Source: a bacterium (GTDB lineage: Bacteria > UBA8248 > JACPRG01 > G963555815). Taken from it: a stretch of 64,000 nucleotides of DNA. The stretch covers positions 1,056,001 through 1,120,000 of the forward strand of contig CBDHDG010000007.1 of the NCBI GenBank assembly GCA_965261595.1, written 5' to 3'. A program made the translations under genes and the position numbers. How positions within the stretch are numbered: position 1 is the stretch's first letter; each line of letters opens with the position of its first letter. Shown in pieces: positions 17,160 to 25,939 of this stretch. The notes beneath the pieces were generated by a model that saw only the letters and a list, made by a program, of their open reading frames with translations, had not been told where the DNA came from and ran no database searches.

Positions 17160-17864
17160 TTATCGGTAAGTCGTCGCCACCGCCTGGTGGTCCACCTTGA
17201 TTCCCGGACCCATGGTGGTCGAAATCGACATGCTCCGGATGTACGCGCCCTTGGCCGAAGCGGGCCTGAGGCGCTGGATCGACTCCAACAAGGCCCCGGC
17301 GTTCTCGAGCAGGGCGCTCGCATCGAAATCGGCCTTGCCGAGCGGCGCGTGAATGATGCCCGCCTTGTCGACGCGAAAATCGACCTTGCCGGCCTTGGTG
17401 TCCCGCACCATCCGCGCGACGTCGAAGGACACCGACCCCGACTTGGGGTTGGGCATCAGACCGCGGGGGCCCAGGATCTTCCCCAGCTTCCCGACAACGG
17501 CCATCATGTCGGGGGTGGCGACCACGCTATCGAAGTCCAGCCACCCCTCCCCGATCTTCGCCGCCATGTCCTCGCCCCCGACATGTTCGGCTCCCGCGTC
17601 ACGGGCTTCTTTTTCTTTCTCCCCCTTCGCGAAGACCAGGACCCGGACGGACTTGCCGAGTCCACGGGGGAGGACGACGCTGCCGCGGACCATCTGATCG
17701 GACTTCCGGGGGTCGACCCCCAGTTTCACGGCGACCTCGACGGTCTCGTTGAACTTCGTGCCCGCCAGCGACCGCGCCAGCTCCAGGGCCTCGGCCAGCG
17801 CATACCGCTTCGACCGGTCGATTTTCTCGTTGGCCGCGGAATAGCGTTTGCCCGGATTTGCCAT
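17160..17864 (-). CDS. rplA: 50S ribosomal protein L1
   Basis: [14 protein letters not shown]...[11 protein letters not shown]...STTMGPG. Confidence 0.98.
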   Translation of the reverse strand: MANPGKRYSAANEKIDRSKRYALAEALELARSLAGTKFNETVEVAVKLGVDPRKSDQMVRGSVVLPRGLGKSVRVLVFAKGEKEKEARDAGAEHVGGEDMAAKIGEGWLDFDSVVATPDMMAVVGKLGKILGPRGLMPNPKSGSVSFDVARMVRDTKAGKVDFRVDKAGIIHAPLGKADFDASALLENAGALLESIQRLRPASAKGAYIRSMSISTTMGPGIKVDHQAVATTYR

Positions 17865-17869
17865 CTCGT

Positions 17870-18295
17870 TTAGCTCTCCACCTTGATGCCCATGCTGCGG
17901 GCGGTCCCTTCGATGATCCGCATCGCCGCTTCCATGTCGCCCACGTTCAGATCCTCCTGCTTCCGTTCGGCGATTTTCCGGACCTGCTCACGGCTGACTT
18001 GGCCCACCTCTTCCCGGTGCGGCTCGCCCGATCCCTTCACGATGCCGGCCGCCTGCTTCAACAAGATGGAGGCCGGCGGCGATTTCGTCACGAATGAGAA
18101 GGAGCGGTCGACGTAAACTGTCAAGACCACCGGGATAATCGTGCCTTCCTGCCCCTGGGTCTGGGCGTTGAAGGACTTGCAAAATTCCATGATGTTCACG
18201 CCGTGCTGTCCCAGCGCGGGGCCCACCGGAGGCGAGGGCGAGGCCTGTCCGGCGGGGACCTGAAGCTTCAGGGTCGTTGTGATTTGCTTGGCCAT
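17870..18295 (-). CDS. rplK: 50S ribosomal protein L11
   Basis: [25 protein letters not shown]...GTARSMGI. Confidence 0.98.
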   Translation of the reverse strand: MAKQITTTLKLQVPAGQASPSPPVGPALGQHGVNIMEFCKSFNAQTQGQEGTIIPVVLTVYVDRSFSFVTKSPPASILLKQAAGIVKGSGEPHREEVGQVSREQVRKIAERKQEDLNVGDMEAAMRIIEGTARSMGIKVES

Positions 18296-18337
18296 GTCGG
18301 TTCCTTCACCATGCGCGCGGAGGCGGGCTCCCGGACG

Positions 18338-19195
18338 TCAGATCTTTTCCACCTGAAGAAATTCCAGCTCCACCGGCGTCGGCCGCCCGAAAATGGTCAC
18401 CATGATCCGTATCTTGCCCCGCTCGTGGTTGACTGCCTCGACGACCCCGGAGAAGTTAACGAAGGGGCCGTCGACCACACGGAGATTCTCACCCTCCTCG
18501 AACTTCACCTTCGGCTTGGCGGTCTGTTCGCCCCGCATCTGCCCCAGGAGCTTCTGGACTTCCGCCTCGTTCAGGGGGGTGGGGTCGTTCGTCCCCCCCA
18601 AAAACCCCGTCACCTTCGGCGTGTTCTTGACGAGGTACCAGGTGTCGGTGTTCATCGTCATCTGGATCAGGATGTAGCCGGGGTAATACTTGCGCGAGGA
18701 CACCCGCCGCCGGCCGCCCCGCATCTCCACCACATCCTCGGTCGGGACGAGGATCGCGCCGAACAGCTCCGTCAGGGGGGACGCCTGAAGGCGCTCCTCG
18801 ATAGCGGCCTTCACCTTGGACTCATACCCCGAATAGGTGTGGATGACGTACCATTTCTTGTCGGGGTCGTCGTCGACCTCCGATTCCGCCGGTTCTTCGG
18901 TTGCCTCGGCGGCGGCTTCATCCGCGTCCGCCCCGGGGGATTCCGCGCCTTCTTCCGGACGCGTGGGCGTTGCGGCTTCTTCCGCATCCGATTCTTCGCT
19001 TGCCTCGGGCGTTGCGGCTTCCTCCGCATCCCCGGACGCCTCGGTTTCTTCAGCCGCCGGGGGCGCCGCGGTTTGCGCCGCGGCCTCCGCTTCGGGAGAC
19101 CCCGTCTCGGGAGGTCCCGCCTCGGGAGGTTCCGGCGCGTCCGGGCGCTCGGCGGCTTCTTGATCCGTTTCCGGGGTCGTGGGCTCCTGAATCAT
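18338..19195 (-). CDS. nusG: Transcription factor NusG with an acidic N-terminal extension of about 110 aa
   Basis: WYVIHTYSGYE (NGN) and VVDGPFVNFSG...IFGRPTPVEL (KOW); ATGA overlap with the secE stop. Confidence 0.96.
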   Translation of the reverse strand: MIQEPTTPETDQEAAERPDAPEPPEAGPPETGSPEAEAAAQTAAPPAAEETEASGDAEEAATPEASEESDAEEAATPTRPEEGAESPGADADEAAAEATEEPAESEVDDDPDKKWYVIHTYSGYESKVKAAIEERLQASPLTELFGAILVPTEDVVEMRGGRRRVSSRKYYPGYILIQMTMNTDTWYLVKNTPKVTGFLGGTNDPTPLNEAEVQKLLGQMRGEQTAKPKVKFEEGENLRVVDGPFVNFSGVVEAVNHERGKIRIMVTIFGRPTPVELEFLQVEKI

Positions 19196-19395
19196 TTAAT
19201 GATGCTTCCCACCAGTTTGGAAAATCCCAGATCGACGAGGCCCAAATAAACCGCGACAATCATAACGGCGATAATCACAACCCCCGTTGAGGCAAGCGCT
19301 TCCTTTCGAGTCGGCCAAGTGACCTTTTTCACCTCGGACCGAACGTCCCGGAGGAAATCCACCGACTGCCTATAGAAACCGGAGATCTTTTCCAT
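19192..19395 (-). CDS. secE: Preprotein translocase subunit SecE
   Basis: EVKKVTWPTRKE followed by one transmembrane helix. Confidence 0.95.
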   Translation of the reverse strand: MEKISGFYRQSVDFLRDVRSEVKKVTWPTRKEALASTGVVIIAVMIVAVYLGLVDLGFSKLVGSIIK

Positions 19396-19431
19396 ATTCC
19401 CGCGGAGCCCATGATCCGGATGGTTCAGGAA

Positions 19432-19508
19432 TGGCAGGCCAGGAGGGATTCGAACCCCCAACCCTCGGTTTTGGAGACCGATGCTCTACCAGTTCGAGCT
19501 ACTGGCCT
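19432..19508 (-). tRNA. tRNA-Trp (CCA)
   Basis: Cloverleaf AGGCCAG...TCTCCAAA...GTTCGAATC...CCA. Confidence 0.97.
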
Positions 19509-19580
19509 TCCGATAGAAGTTCTTCAGCCTCACGCCGTCCCGGATTCACGCTGACGCACAACAACTCCGGAACGGGCCGG

Positions 19581-19730
19581 TTACTTCGTCTCGCGATGAG
19601 GGGTGTGCCGCCTGCAGCTCCGGCAGTACTTCTTGAATTCGAGGCGGTCCGGGGTCTTCTGCTTGTTCTTCGTCGTCGAATAGTTTCTCCGCTTGCACGC
19701 TTCGCATGCCAGGGACACAATCACGCGCAT
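19581..19730 (-). CDS. rpmG: 50S ribosomal protein L33, zinc-binding C+ form
   Basis: Manual translation [49 protein letters not shown] (below the ORF-track length cutoff). Confidence 0.96.
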   Translation of the reverse strand: MRVIVSLACEACKRRNYSTTKNKQKTPDRLEFKKYCRSCRRHTPHRETK

Positions 19731-19777
19731 TCAATTCACTCCGTTCGGTCCATCCATATCCGGCGTTGGCCGGAGGG

Positions 19778-20968
19778 TTATTCGTTGATGTCGGTGATAA
19801 CGCCCGCGCCCACGGTCCGGCCGCCTTCGCGGATCGCGAAGCGAAGCTCCTTCTCCATCGCGATCGGCATGATCAACTCCACCTCCACCGATACGTTGTC
19901 GCCAGGCATCACCATCTCTACGCCGTCGGGTAGACTCACCACACCCGTCACGTCGGTCGTCCGAAAGTAAAACTGCGGACGGTAGCCGTTGAAAAACGGC
20001 GTGTGACGCCCGCCCTCGTCCTTTGTCAGTACGTAAGCCTCCGCCTTGAACTTGCGGTGCGGCATGATCGAACCCGGCTTCGACAACACTTGCCCGCGCT
20101 CCACATCCTCGCGCTTCACACCCCGAAGCAAAACACCCACGTTGTCGCCGGCTTGACCCTGGTCCAGAAGCTTGCGGAACATCTCAACTCCCGTCGCTAC
20201 GGTCTTCGCCGTGTCCCGAAGTCCGACGATCTCCACCTCGTCCCCCACCTTCACGATCCCGCGCTCCACTCGCCCCGTCACCACGGTCCCCCGGCCGCTG
20301 ATCGTGAACACGTCCTCAACAGGCATCAGGTAGGGCTTCTCGATGTCCCGGACCGGCTCCGGTATGTACGTGTCTATCGCGTCCATCAACGCCGAAATGC
20401 TCTCCGTCGCCTCAGGGTCGTCAGGATTGTTCAACGCCGCCAGCGCGCTCCCCTGAACCACTGGTATCTCATCCCCGGGGAAATCGTACTTCGACAAAAG
20501 CTCCCGCACCTCGAGCTCCACAAGCTCCTTCAACTCGTCGTCGTCCACCATGTCCACTTTGTTCAAATAAGCCACGATGTAAGGAACACCCACCTGACGC
20601 GCAAGCAAGATGTGCTCCCGAGTCTGAGGCATCGGACCGTCGGCCGCCGACACCACCAAGATCGCCCCGTCCATCTGGGCCGCGCCCGTGATCATGTTCT
20701 TCACGTAGTCCGCGTGACCCGGGCAGTCCACATGGGCGTAGTGGCGGTTGTCCGTCTCGTACTCCACGTGAGCCGTCGCTATCGTGATCCCGCGCTCCCT
20801 TTCCTCGGGCGCCTTGTCGATCGAGTCGAACGGCACGAATTCCGCCTGACCCTTCTTCGACAGCGCAAGCGTGATCGCCGCCGTCAAGGTCGTCTTGCCA
20901 TGATCCACGTGACCTATCGTACCTACGTTCACGTGCGGCTTCGTCCGCTCGAACTTCGCCTTGCTCAT
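19778..20968 (-). CDS. tuf: Elongation factor Tu (second copy)
   Basis: Protein identical to 3141-4331. Confidence 0.99.
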   Translation of the reverse strand: MSKAKFERTKPHVNVGTIGHVDHGKTTLTAAITLALSKKGQAEFVPFDSIDKAPEERERGITIATAHVEYETDNRHYAHVDCPGHADYVKNMITGAAQMDGAILVVSAADGPMPQTREHILLARQVGVPYIVAYLNKVDMVDDDELKELVELEVRELLSKYDFPGDEIPVVQGSALAALNNPDDPEATESISALMDAIDTYIPEPVRDIEKPYLMPVEDVFTISGRGTVVTGRVERGIVKVGDEVEIVGLRDTAKTVATGVEMFRKLLDQGQAGDNVGVLLRGVKREDVERGQVLSKPGSIMPHRKFKAEAYVLTKDEGGRHTPFFNGYRPQFYFRTTDVTGVVSLPDGVEMVMPGDNVSVEVELIMPIAMEKELRFAIREGGRTVGAGVITDINE

Positions 20969-21054
20969 AACCGCCATTCTCCATTCGTGACGATTGCGGT
21001 TTACCGAGGGAGGAGGCCCGGCCCCACGCCGAACGTCTTCTCCACCCTGACTTC

Positions 21055-21130
<76 letters not shown>

Positions 21131-21156
21131 GGCCCACCTGATTCAGTCGAAGGGAA

Positions 21157-21233
21157 TGGAGCGGGAAACGGGATTCGAACCCGCGACCCTCGGCTTGGAA
21201 GGCCGATGCTCTAGCCAGCTGAGCTATTCCCGC
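21157..21233 (-). tRNA. tRNA-Gly (TCC)
   Basis: Cloverleaf, anticodon loop CTTCCAA, encoded CCA. Confidence 0.97.
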
Positions 21234-21254
21234 CTTTTGCCGGCCCTCATCGCC

Positions 21255-21339
21255 TGGTGGGGAGGGGAGGATTCGAACCTCCGAAGGCTGAGCCGACAGA
21301 TTTACAGTCTGTTCCCTTTGGCCACTCGGGAACCTCCCC
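21255..21339 (-). tRNA. tRNA-Tyr (GTA)
   Basis: 85-nt cloverleaf with long variable arm, anticodon loop CTGTAAA. Confidence 0.97.
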
Positions 21340-21387
21340 GTGGAATCCTTTGATTTTGTTGGAGTTTCAATGGAAGTCTCAATCCCC

Positions 21388-21463
21388 TGGAGCTGGCGAA
21401 GGGATTTGAACCCCCGACCTGCTGATTACAAGTCAGCTGCTCTGCCAACTGAGCTACGCCAGC
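21388..21463 (-). tRNA. tRNA-Thr (TGT)
   Basis: Cloverleaf, anticodon loop CTTGTAA, encoded CCA. Confidence 0.97.
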
Positions 21464-21480
21464 CACCGGTCAAACAGTTT

Positions 21481-21509
21481 ATTATGTGAACCATCGGTTC
21501 AATTGTCAA
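21481..21509 (-). promoter_or_regulatory. Sigma70 promoter of the tRNA-tuf operon
   Basis: TTGACA-N17-CATAAT ending 17 nt upstream of tRNA-Thr. Confidence 0.75.
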
Positions 21510-21859
21510 CGAAAATAATCGACCGAAACCAAAAAGATTCTTTCCGCCCGGGAGCCGTCCGCCTCTCACCGGATCGCGACGCGGCTCGGGATTACGAAAC
21601 CCGAGCGAATCCAGCCGCCCCCGCCCTCATCACATCCGCCGCGCGAGCCCGCGGATTCCCGCCGGCGTCACGGCCGTCACCACCCGAAAGAAAGAACTCC
21701 CCATCCATGTAATATAAATCGGCGGAGAAATGAGCGCAAGGGGAGAAAAACCCGGCGCTGGATAGGCTAACCCGCCGAGCACCCAATGAGCCGTTTCCCA
21801 AACCCCCTTTCTTGAATTTGCGCTATTTCAGCCTGCCCTCCCGGCGGTTTTCCCTGGCA

Positions 21860-22113
21860 TGGGGAAATCCCCCCAGTGGGGGGTGTTTACCCCCACCCAA
21901 ATCAACCCATTTAAAATCAAAGGGTTATTGAGAATATCCTGCTTTCGGGCCGATTTATATGGGGGGGATTCCCCCCACCCCCGAAGTCCATTTTGGGCGG
22001 GCCGGGGGGGCTTCCGTGCAAAAGAGAAATCTTTTAATCGCTGTTGAATCAGTATGTTACAGTCGTTTCAAGCCTCTCGATCCGGCCAATTCCGACTTTG
22101 GCACACCTCTTGA
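21860..22113 (+). promoter_or_regulatory. Putative sigma54 promoter with IHF sites and palindromic upstream boxes
   Basis: TGGCAC-N5-TTGA at 22099-22113; exact WATCAANNNNTTR match at 21915-21927 and a one-mismatch copy at 22047-22059; three TGGGG...CCCCA palindromes at 21860-21977. Confidence 0.55.
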
Positions 22114-22150
22114 GATATATAACCGCGACTCCTCGACGTTGACCCGCCCC

Positions 22151-23020
22151 CTAAAGTTGTACCACTTTTTGAGTTAGTCTCTTCTCCCCGATATCCGAAA
22201 GTGTAGGGATGCCCGGAGGCATTGGTTCGATGGCCTCCGGCGCCGGGGGCCGGTAGCCCAAGGCACTATGGGGCCTTACCCAGTTGTAGAGTTGTCGCCA
22301 TCTCTCCACCAACACCTTGGCCTCTGTCAGGGTGTAGAAGATCTCCCCGTTGAGCAGCTCATCGCGCAGCTTGCCGATGAAGGACTCCACATAGCCGTTC
22401 TCCCAGGGACTGCCCCGCTCGATGTAAAGCGTTCTCACCCCAAGACGGGTGAGCCACCCTCTCACCGCATTCGCCGTGAACTCCGCCCCGCTGTCCGAGC
22501 GGATATAAGCCGGCAGGCCACGCCGGACGAACAACTCGGTGAGGCGGTCCAGGACGTCCTCGGAGTTGAGTCTTCTCTCTACATCAAGGGCCAAGCACTC
22601 CCGGGTCAACTCATCCATCACAGCCAGCATCCGTAAAGGCCGCCCATCGTGCGTCCTCGCGGCCAGGAAGTCGTAGGACCACACATGATTCCGATAAGAC
22701 GGACGCTTGCGAACACAAGAGCCGTCGTTCAGCCATAAACGCCCTCGCTTGGGCTGTCTCTTCGGCGCCTTCAGGCCTTCCTGGCGCCAGATCCGCTCCA
22801 CCCCCTTGTGATTCACTCGCCAGCCTTCTCTTTCCAACAGAGCCGTTATCCTCCGGTAGCCGTACCGTCCGTACTCGCTCGCCAGCTCTGTCACCCGCGC
22901 CACCAAACGGGCCTCATCGTCAGGGACCTGGGCAGAGCGCCGCTGAGTCGAGCGGGCCTGACCCAGCACCCGGCAGGCGCGACGTTCGGACACGCTCAGC
23001 TTCTCCCGCACATGCTCCAT
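22151..23020 (-). CDS. IS3 transposase OrfB (DDE core), probably made as an OrfAB fusion
   Basis: YGYRRI, WSYDF, RSDSGAEF, SPWENGYVESF, RPHSALGY. Confidence 0.93.
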   Translation of the reverse strand: MEHVREKLSVSERRACRVLGQARSTQRRSAQVPDDEARLVARVTELASEYGRYGYRRITALLEREGWRVNHKGVERIWRQEGLKAPKRQPKRGRLWLNDGSCVRKRPSYRNHVWSYDFLAARTHDGRPLRMLAVMDELTRECLALDVERRLNSEDVLDRLTELFVRRGLPAYIRSDSGAEFTANAVRGWLTRLGVRTLYIERGSPWENGYVESFIGKLRDELLNGEIFYTLTEAKVLVERWRQLYNWVRPHSALGYRPPAPEAIEPMPPGIPTLSDIGEKRLTQKVVQL

Positions 23021-23043
23021 CGCCCGCCGCCGCGCAGGCGGGC

Positions 23044-23322
23044 TCAGAAGTTTCCCTGGGAGGCCTCCTTCAAGATGGCGTTATCCAGGGCCTGCTCGGC
23101 CACCAGCTTCTTTAGCCGGGCGTTTTCCTGCTCCAGTGTCTTCAGTCGTTTCGCCTGGTCCAGGCGCAGGCCTCCGTACTCCCGCCGCCACCGGTAATAG
23201 GTCTGCTCGGAGATCCCCAGCGTCTTGCAGACCTGAGCCATCCTCTGCCCATTGGCCAACTCCACCTCGGCCTGACGAAGCTTGTGGATGATCTGCTCCG
23301 CGGTGAATCGCTTCCGACTCAT
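23044..23322 (-). CDS. IS3 transposase OrfA (HTH)
   Basis: SRKRFTAEQII...GISEQTYYRWR...LEQENARLKKLVA; ends in slippery GGGAAAC followed by a hairpin. Confidence 0.92.
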   Translation of the reverse strand: MSRKRFTAEQIIHKLRQAEVELANGQRMAQVCKTLGISEQTYYRWRREYGGLRLDQAKRLKTLEQENARLKKLVAEQALDNAILKEASQGNF

Positions 23323-23465
23323 CACTGCCCCCTCTTCTAGGCCAATCCAGTCCCGAAAGCCGTGCGAAAATCCTAACTCTCAAACCGGACCGGTTTCAGG
23401 GGGGCAGGTCATCGGACGGAACGCCGGAGGGGTTTAGCCTGGATTTCTCATAAAAAGAAAGGGAG

Positions 23466-23620
23466 GCGCCGGCAGACAAGCTGCCAGTGGCGCATTCTCT
23501 GATATGCCTCTACAAAATCGGGCCGAGGCTTCCATTGAGCGGCTGTAAAGGGGAGCCGTCCGTTTGCAATGAATCGTCGTCTTAAACACAGGGCGCCACT
23601 GGCGGCTTGCCCGCCGGCGC
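23466..23620 (-). ncRNA. Candidate structured RNA of unknown family
   Basis: 28-bp terminal stem (two G-U pairs and one mismatch on the minus strand) enclosing two small hairpins, followed by a U-rich tail; starts 6 nt after the nagZ stop. Confidence 0.4.
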
Positions 23621-23626
23621 ATCATT

Positions 23627-24685
23627 TCATCCCCCGCCGACACGGTCCAAGAGCTCTCGGTGGGCATCGCACCCGATGACCTCCAGGCCGATAAGCGGGC
23701 GGCCATCCAGGCCCCTTCGCGCCTTGTCGATCCGCTCCACGGACCGTTCCACCGCCTCCGCGAGGAGCCTTCCCGAGCGAAAGGCTTTCACGAGGGCCTC
23801 CCGCGCGGCCCGCTGGCGGTCCGGCCGGTGGCAGTACAGCAGGAGGTCGCAGCCCGCTCCGGCGGCCAGGACAGCGGCCTCGCCCGGCCCATAGTGGCCA
23901 GTGATCGCCCCCATCTCCATGTCGTCGGCCATCACCAGGCCGTCGAACCCCAGGCCGTTTCGGAGCGCGCCCGTGATGACCGGACGCGAGAGAGTGCCCG
24001 GCAGGTGGGCGTCCAGCGCCGGGACCAGGATGTGGGCGGACATGAGGGCGGGAATCCCGTCTTCGATGAGACGGCGGAAAGGGAAAAACTCTCGCCGCTC
24101 CAGGGTGTCCCGGTCCGCGAGGGCGGCGGGAAGCTCGACGTGGGAATCGGCGACGGTGTCCCCGTGACCCGGAAAGTGCTTCCCCACGGCCATGAGGCCG
24201 GCGGCCGCGATCCCCCGGGCGGCGGCCCGGCCGTGGCGGGCGGCGTGCTCGGGGTCCGCGCCGAACGCGCGGTCGCCGATGACCGCGTTCTCCGGGTTGG
24301 TCCACAGGTCCAGGACCGGGCCGACTTGGACGTTCGCCCCCGCCGCCGCGATCTCCCGGGCCATCGCCCGGAAGACTTCTTCGGTCAAACCGGCGTCGTC
24401 CTCGGCGCCCAGACGCCGCTGGGAGGGGAAGTGCGTGAACGGCTCGCTCAGACGGTGGACCCGCCCGCCTTCGTGATCGAGCAGGATGAGCGGGGGCCGG
24501 CCCGGCTCGCCGGCCAGCTCGGTGATGTGGTCGCAAAGCTCCCTGAGCTGCCCGGGCGAGCGGGCGTTTCGGGCGAAGAGGATGACCGCCGCCGGACGGA
24601 TTTCTTCCATCAGCGAGTGCTCCGCGTCGGAAACAGCCTCCCCCGCCAGACCCACGATGATCAGGCTCCCGATCCGGTCTTCCAT
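23627..24685 (-). CDS. nagZ: Beta-N-acetylhexosaminidase (GH3); start uncertain
   Basis: LDHEGGRVHRL and KHFPGHGDTVADSH NagZ signature; ADDMEM. Confidence 0.9.
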   Translation of the reverse strand: MEDRIGSLIIVGLAGEAVSDAEHSLMEEIRPAAVILFARNARSPGQLRELCDHITELAGEPGRPPLILLDHEGGRVHRLSEPFTHFPSQRRLGAEDDAGLTEEVFRAMAREIAAAGANVQVGPVLDLWTNPENAVIGDRAFGADPEHAARHGRAAARGIAAAGLMAVGKHFPGHGDTVADSHVELPAALADRDTLERREFFPFRRLIEDGIPALMSAHILVPALDAHLPGTLSRPVITGALRNGLGFDGLVMADDMEMGAITGHYGPGEAAVLAAGAGCDLLLYCHRPDRQRAAREALVKAFRSGRLLAEAVERSVERIDKARRGLDGRPLIGLEVIGCDAHRELLDRVGGG

Positions 24686-24839
24686 CTCCAAGCCCTCTCC
24701 CTCTGGTTTGAGCGCCCCGGAAAGACGGGCGGCGGCCCGTCCTCTAAATTCCGCCCTCCCCTTCTCCTCCTCCTCCCCCTCCCCCGGCGCCCCGATCCCT
24801 TGATAGAATAACATAAGCTTCTTGCGCGGAGTCCGAGCC

Positions 24840-25832
24840 ATGCCGGCCAACCTTCCTCCAGAATATCAGAAGGCCGAGGCGGTTTACCGCTCGGCGTCCG
24901 GGCCGGAAGAAAAGATCGAGGCCCTCCAGGAGATGTTGCGCGTCATCCCCCACCACAAGGGGACCGACAAGCTCATCGCCCAGCACAGGAAAAAGCTCTC
25001 CCAGCTCAGGGATGAAACCCAGAGGCGGGCGGCGACCTCGCGCAAGGGGACGCGGGTCCACGTTCCCAAAGAGGGCGCGGCGCAGGTGGCGTTGGTCGGG
25101 ATGCCCAACGCGGGAAAGTCGAACCTGGTTCGGGACCTCACGCGGGCGACGCCCGAGGTGGCGGCCTATCCGTACACCACGCTCATGCCGACGCCCGGGA
25201 TGATGCCCTATCTCAACATTTGGATACAGCTCGTCGACACCCCGCCCGTGACGTTCGAGGGCGCAAAGGTCTGGCTGCCGAACATCTTGAAGGGGGCGGA
25301 CGCCCTGGTCCCGGTCCTCAACCTGGCCGGGGACCCGTTGGCGGAGCTCGACCGGGTCCTGTCCATCCTGAAGGGCTGGAAGATCTTTTTCGAGGGGATG
25401 GAGGAGGCCTTCGACGCCGAGCCGGGGTTCGGCAAGGTTCTGAAGCCGGTCCTCATTCTGGCCAATCAGGTGGACGCCGAAGGCGCCGCGGAGCGCATCG
25501 AGATATTGAAGGAGCGGACCGAAGGCCGGTTTCCCCTCTTCGCCGTCTCGGCCGAGGAGGGGACGGGACTGGAGGACTGGAAGCCGGAGCTCTTTTCCCG
25601 CCTCCGGATCATTCGGGCGTACACCAAGTCACCCGGAAAGGACCCCGACCTGGACGATCCTGTCATCCTGCGCTCGGGGGGCACGGTGGAGGATTTCGCC
25701 GAATCCATCCACAAGGACGTCAGGAAGGGCCTCAAGCACGCGAAAATCTGGGGGTCCTCGAAATTCGACGGCCAGAAGGTGACGCGGGATTACGTCCTCC
25801 AGGACGAGGACATCGTCGAGGTCCACACATAG
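24840..25832 (+). CDS. OBG-family DRG-type GTPase with C-terminal TGS domain
   Basis: MPANLPPEY...PHHKGTDKL; G1 GMPNAGKS, G2 YPYTT, G3 DTPP; TGS TVEDFAESIH...LQDEDIVEV. Confidence 0.88.
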   Translation: MPANLPPEYQKAEAVYRSASGPEEKIEALQEMLRVIPHHKGTDKLIAQHRKKLSQLRDETQRRAATSRKGTRVHVPKEGAAQVALVGMPNAGKSNLVRDLTRATPEVAAYPYTTLMPTPGMMPYLNIWIQLVDTPPVTFEGAKVWLPNILKGADALVPVLNLAGDPLAELDRVLSILKGWKIFFEGMEEAFDAEPGFGKVLKPVLILANQVDAEGAAERIEILKERTEGRFPLFAVSAEEGTGLEDWKPELFSRLRIIRAYTKSPGKDPDLDDPVILRSGGTVEDFAESIHKDVRKGLKHAKIWGSSKFDGQKVTRDYVLQDEDIVEVHT

Positions 25833-25939
25833 CGCGACGCTGAACGACTCGCCGAACAGGCTGCTGAAAAAGGACTTCGGCGGGGGCCGCGCTCCGGCGG
25901 CGCCAGCCCGCAATCCACCCCTCTCCCGATCCGGCCGAA

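Larger units (their letters stand above)
22140..23411 (-). mobile_element. IS3-family insertion sequence (IS407-like), 1272 bp
   Basis: Inverted ends TGACCTGCCCCCCTGAAA / TGACCCGCCCCCTAAAG; orfA plus orfB; no target duplication visible. Confidence 0.93.

Noticed and set aside
23466..23620. Identification as 6S RNA or retron msr/msd
   Set aside because: No 6S-like central bubble or usual gene context recognised, and no reverse transcriptase in the window; left as unknown
25857..25872. CAGGCTGCTGAAAAAG resembling an IS end
   Set aside because: Single short motif with no partner end or transposase
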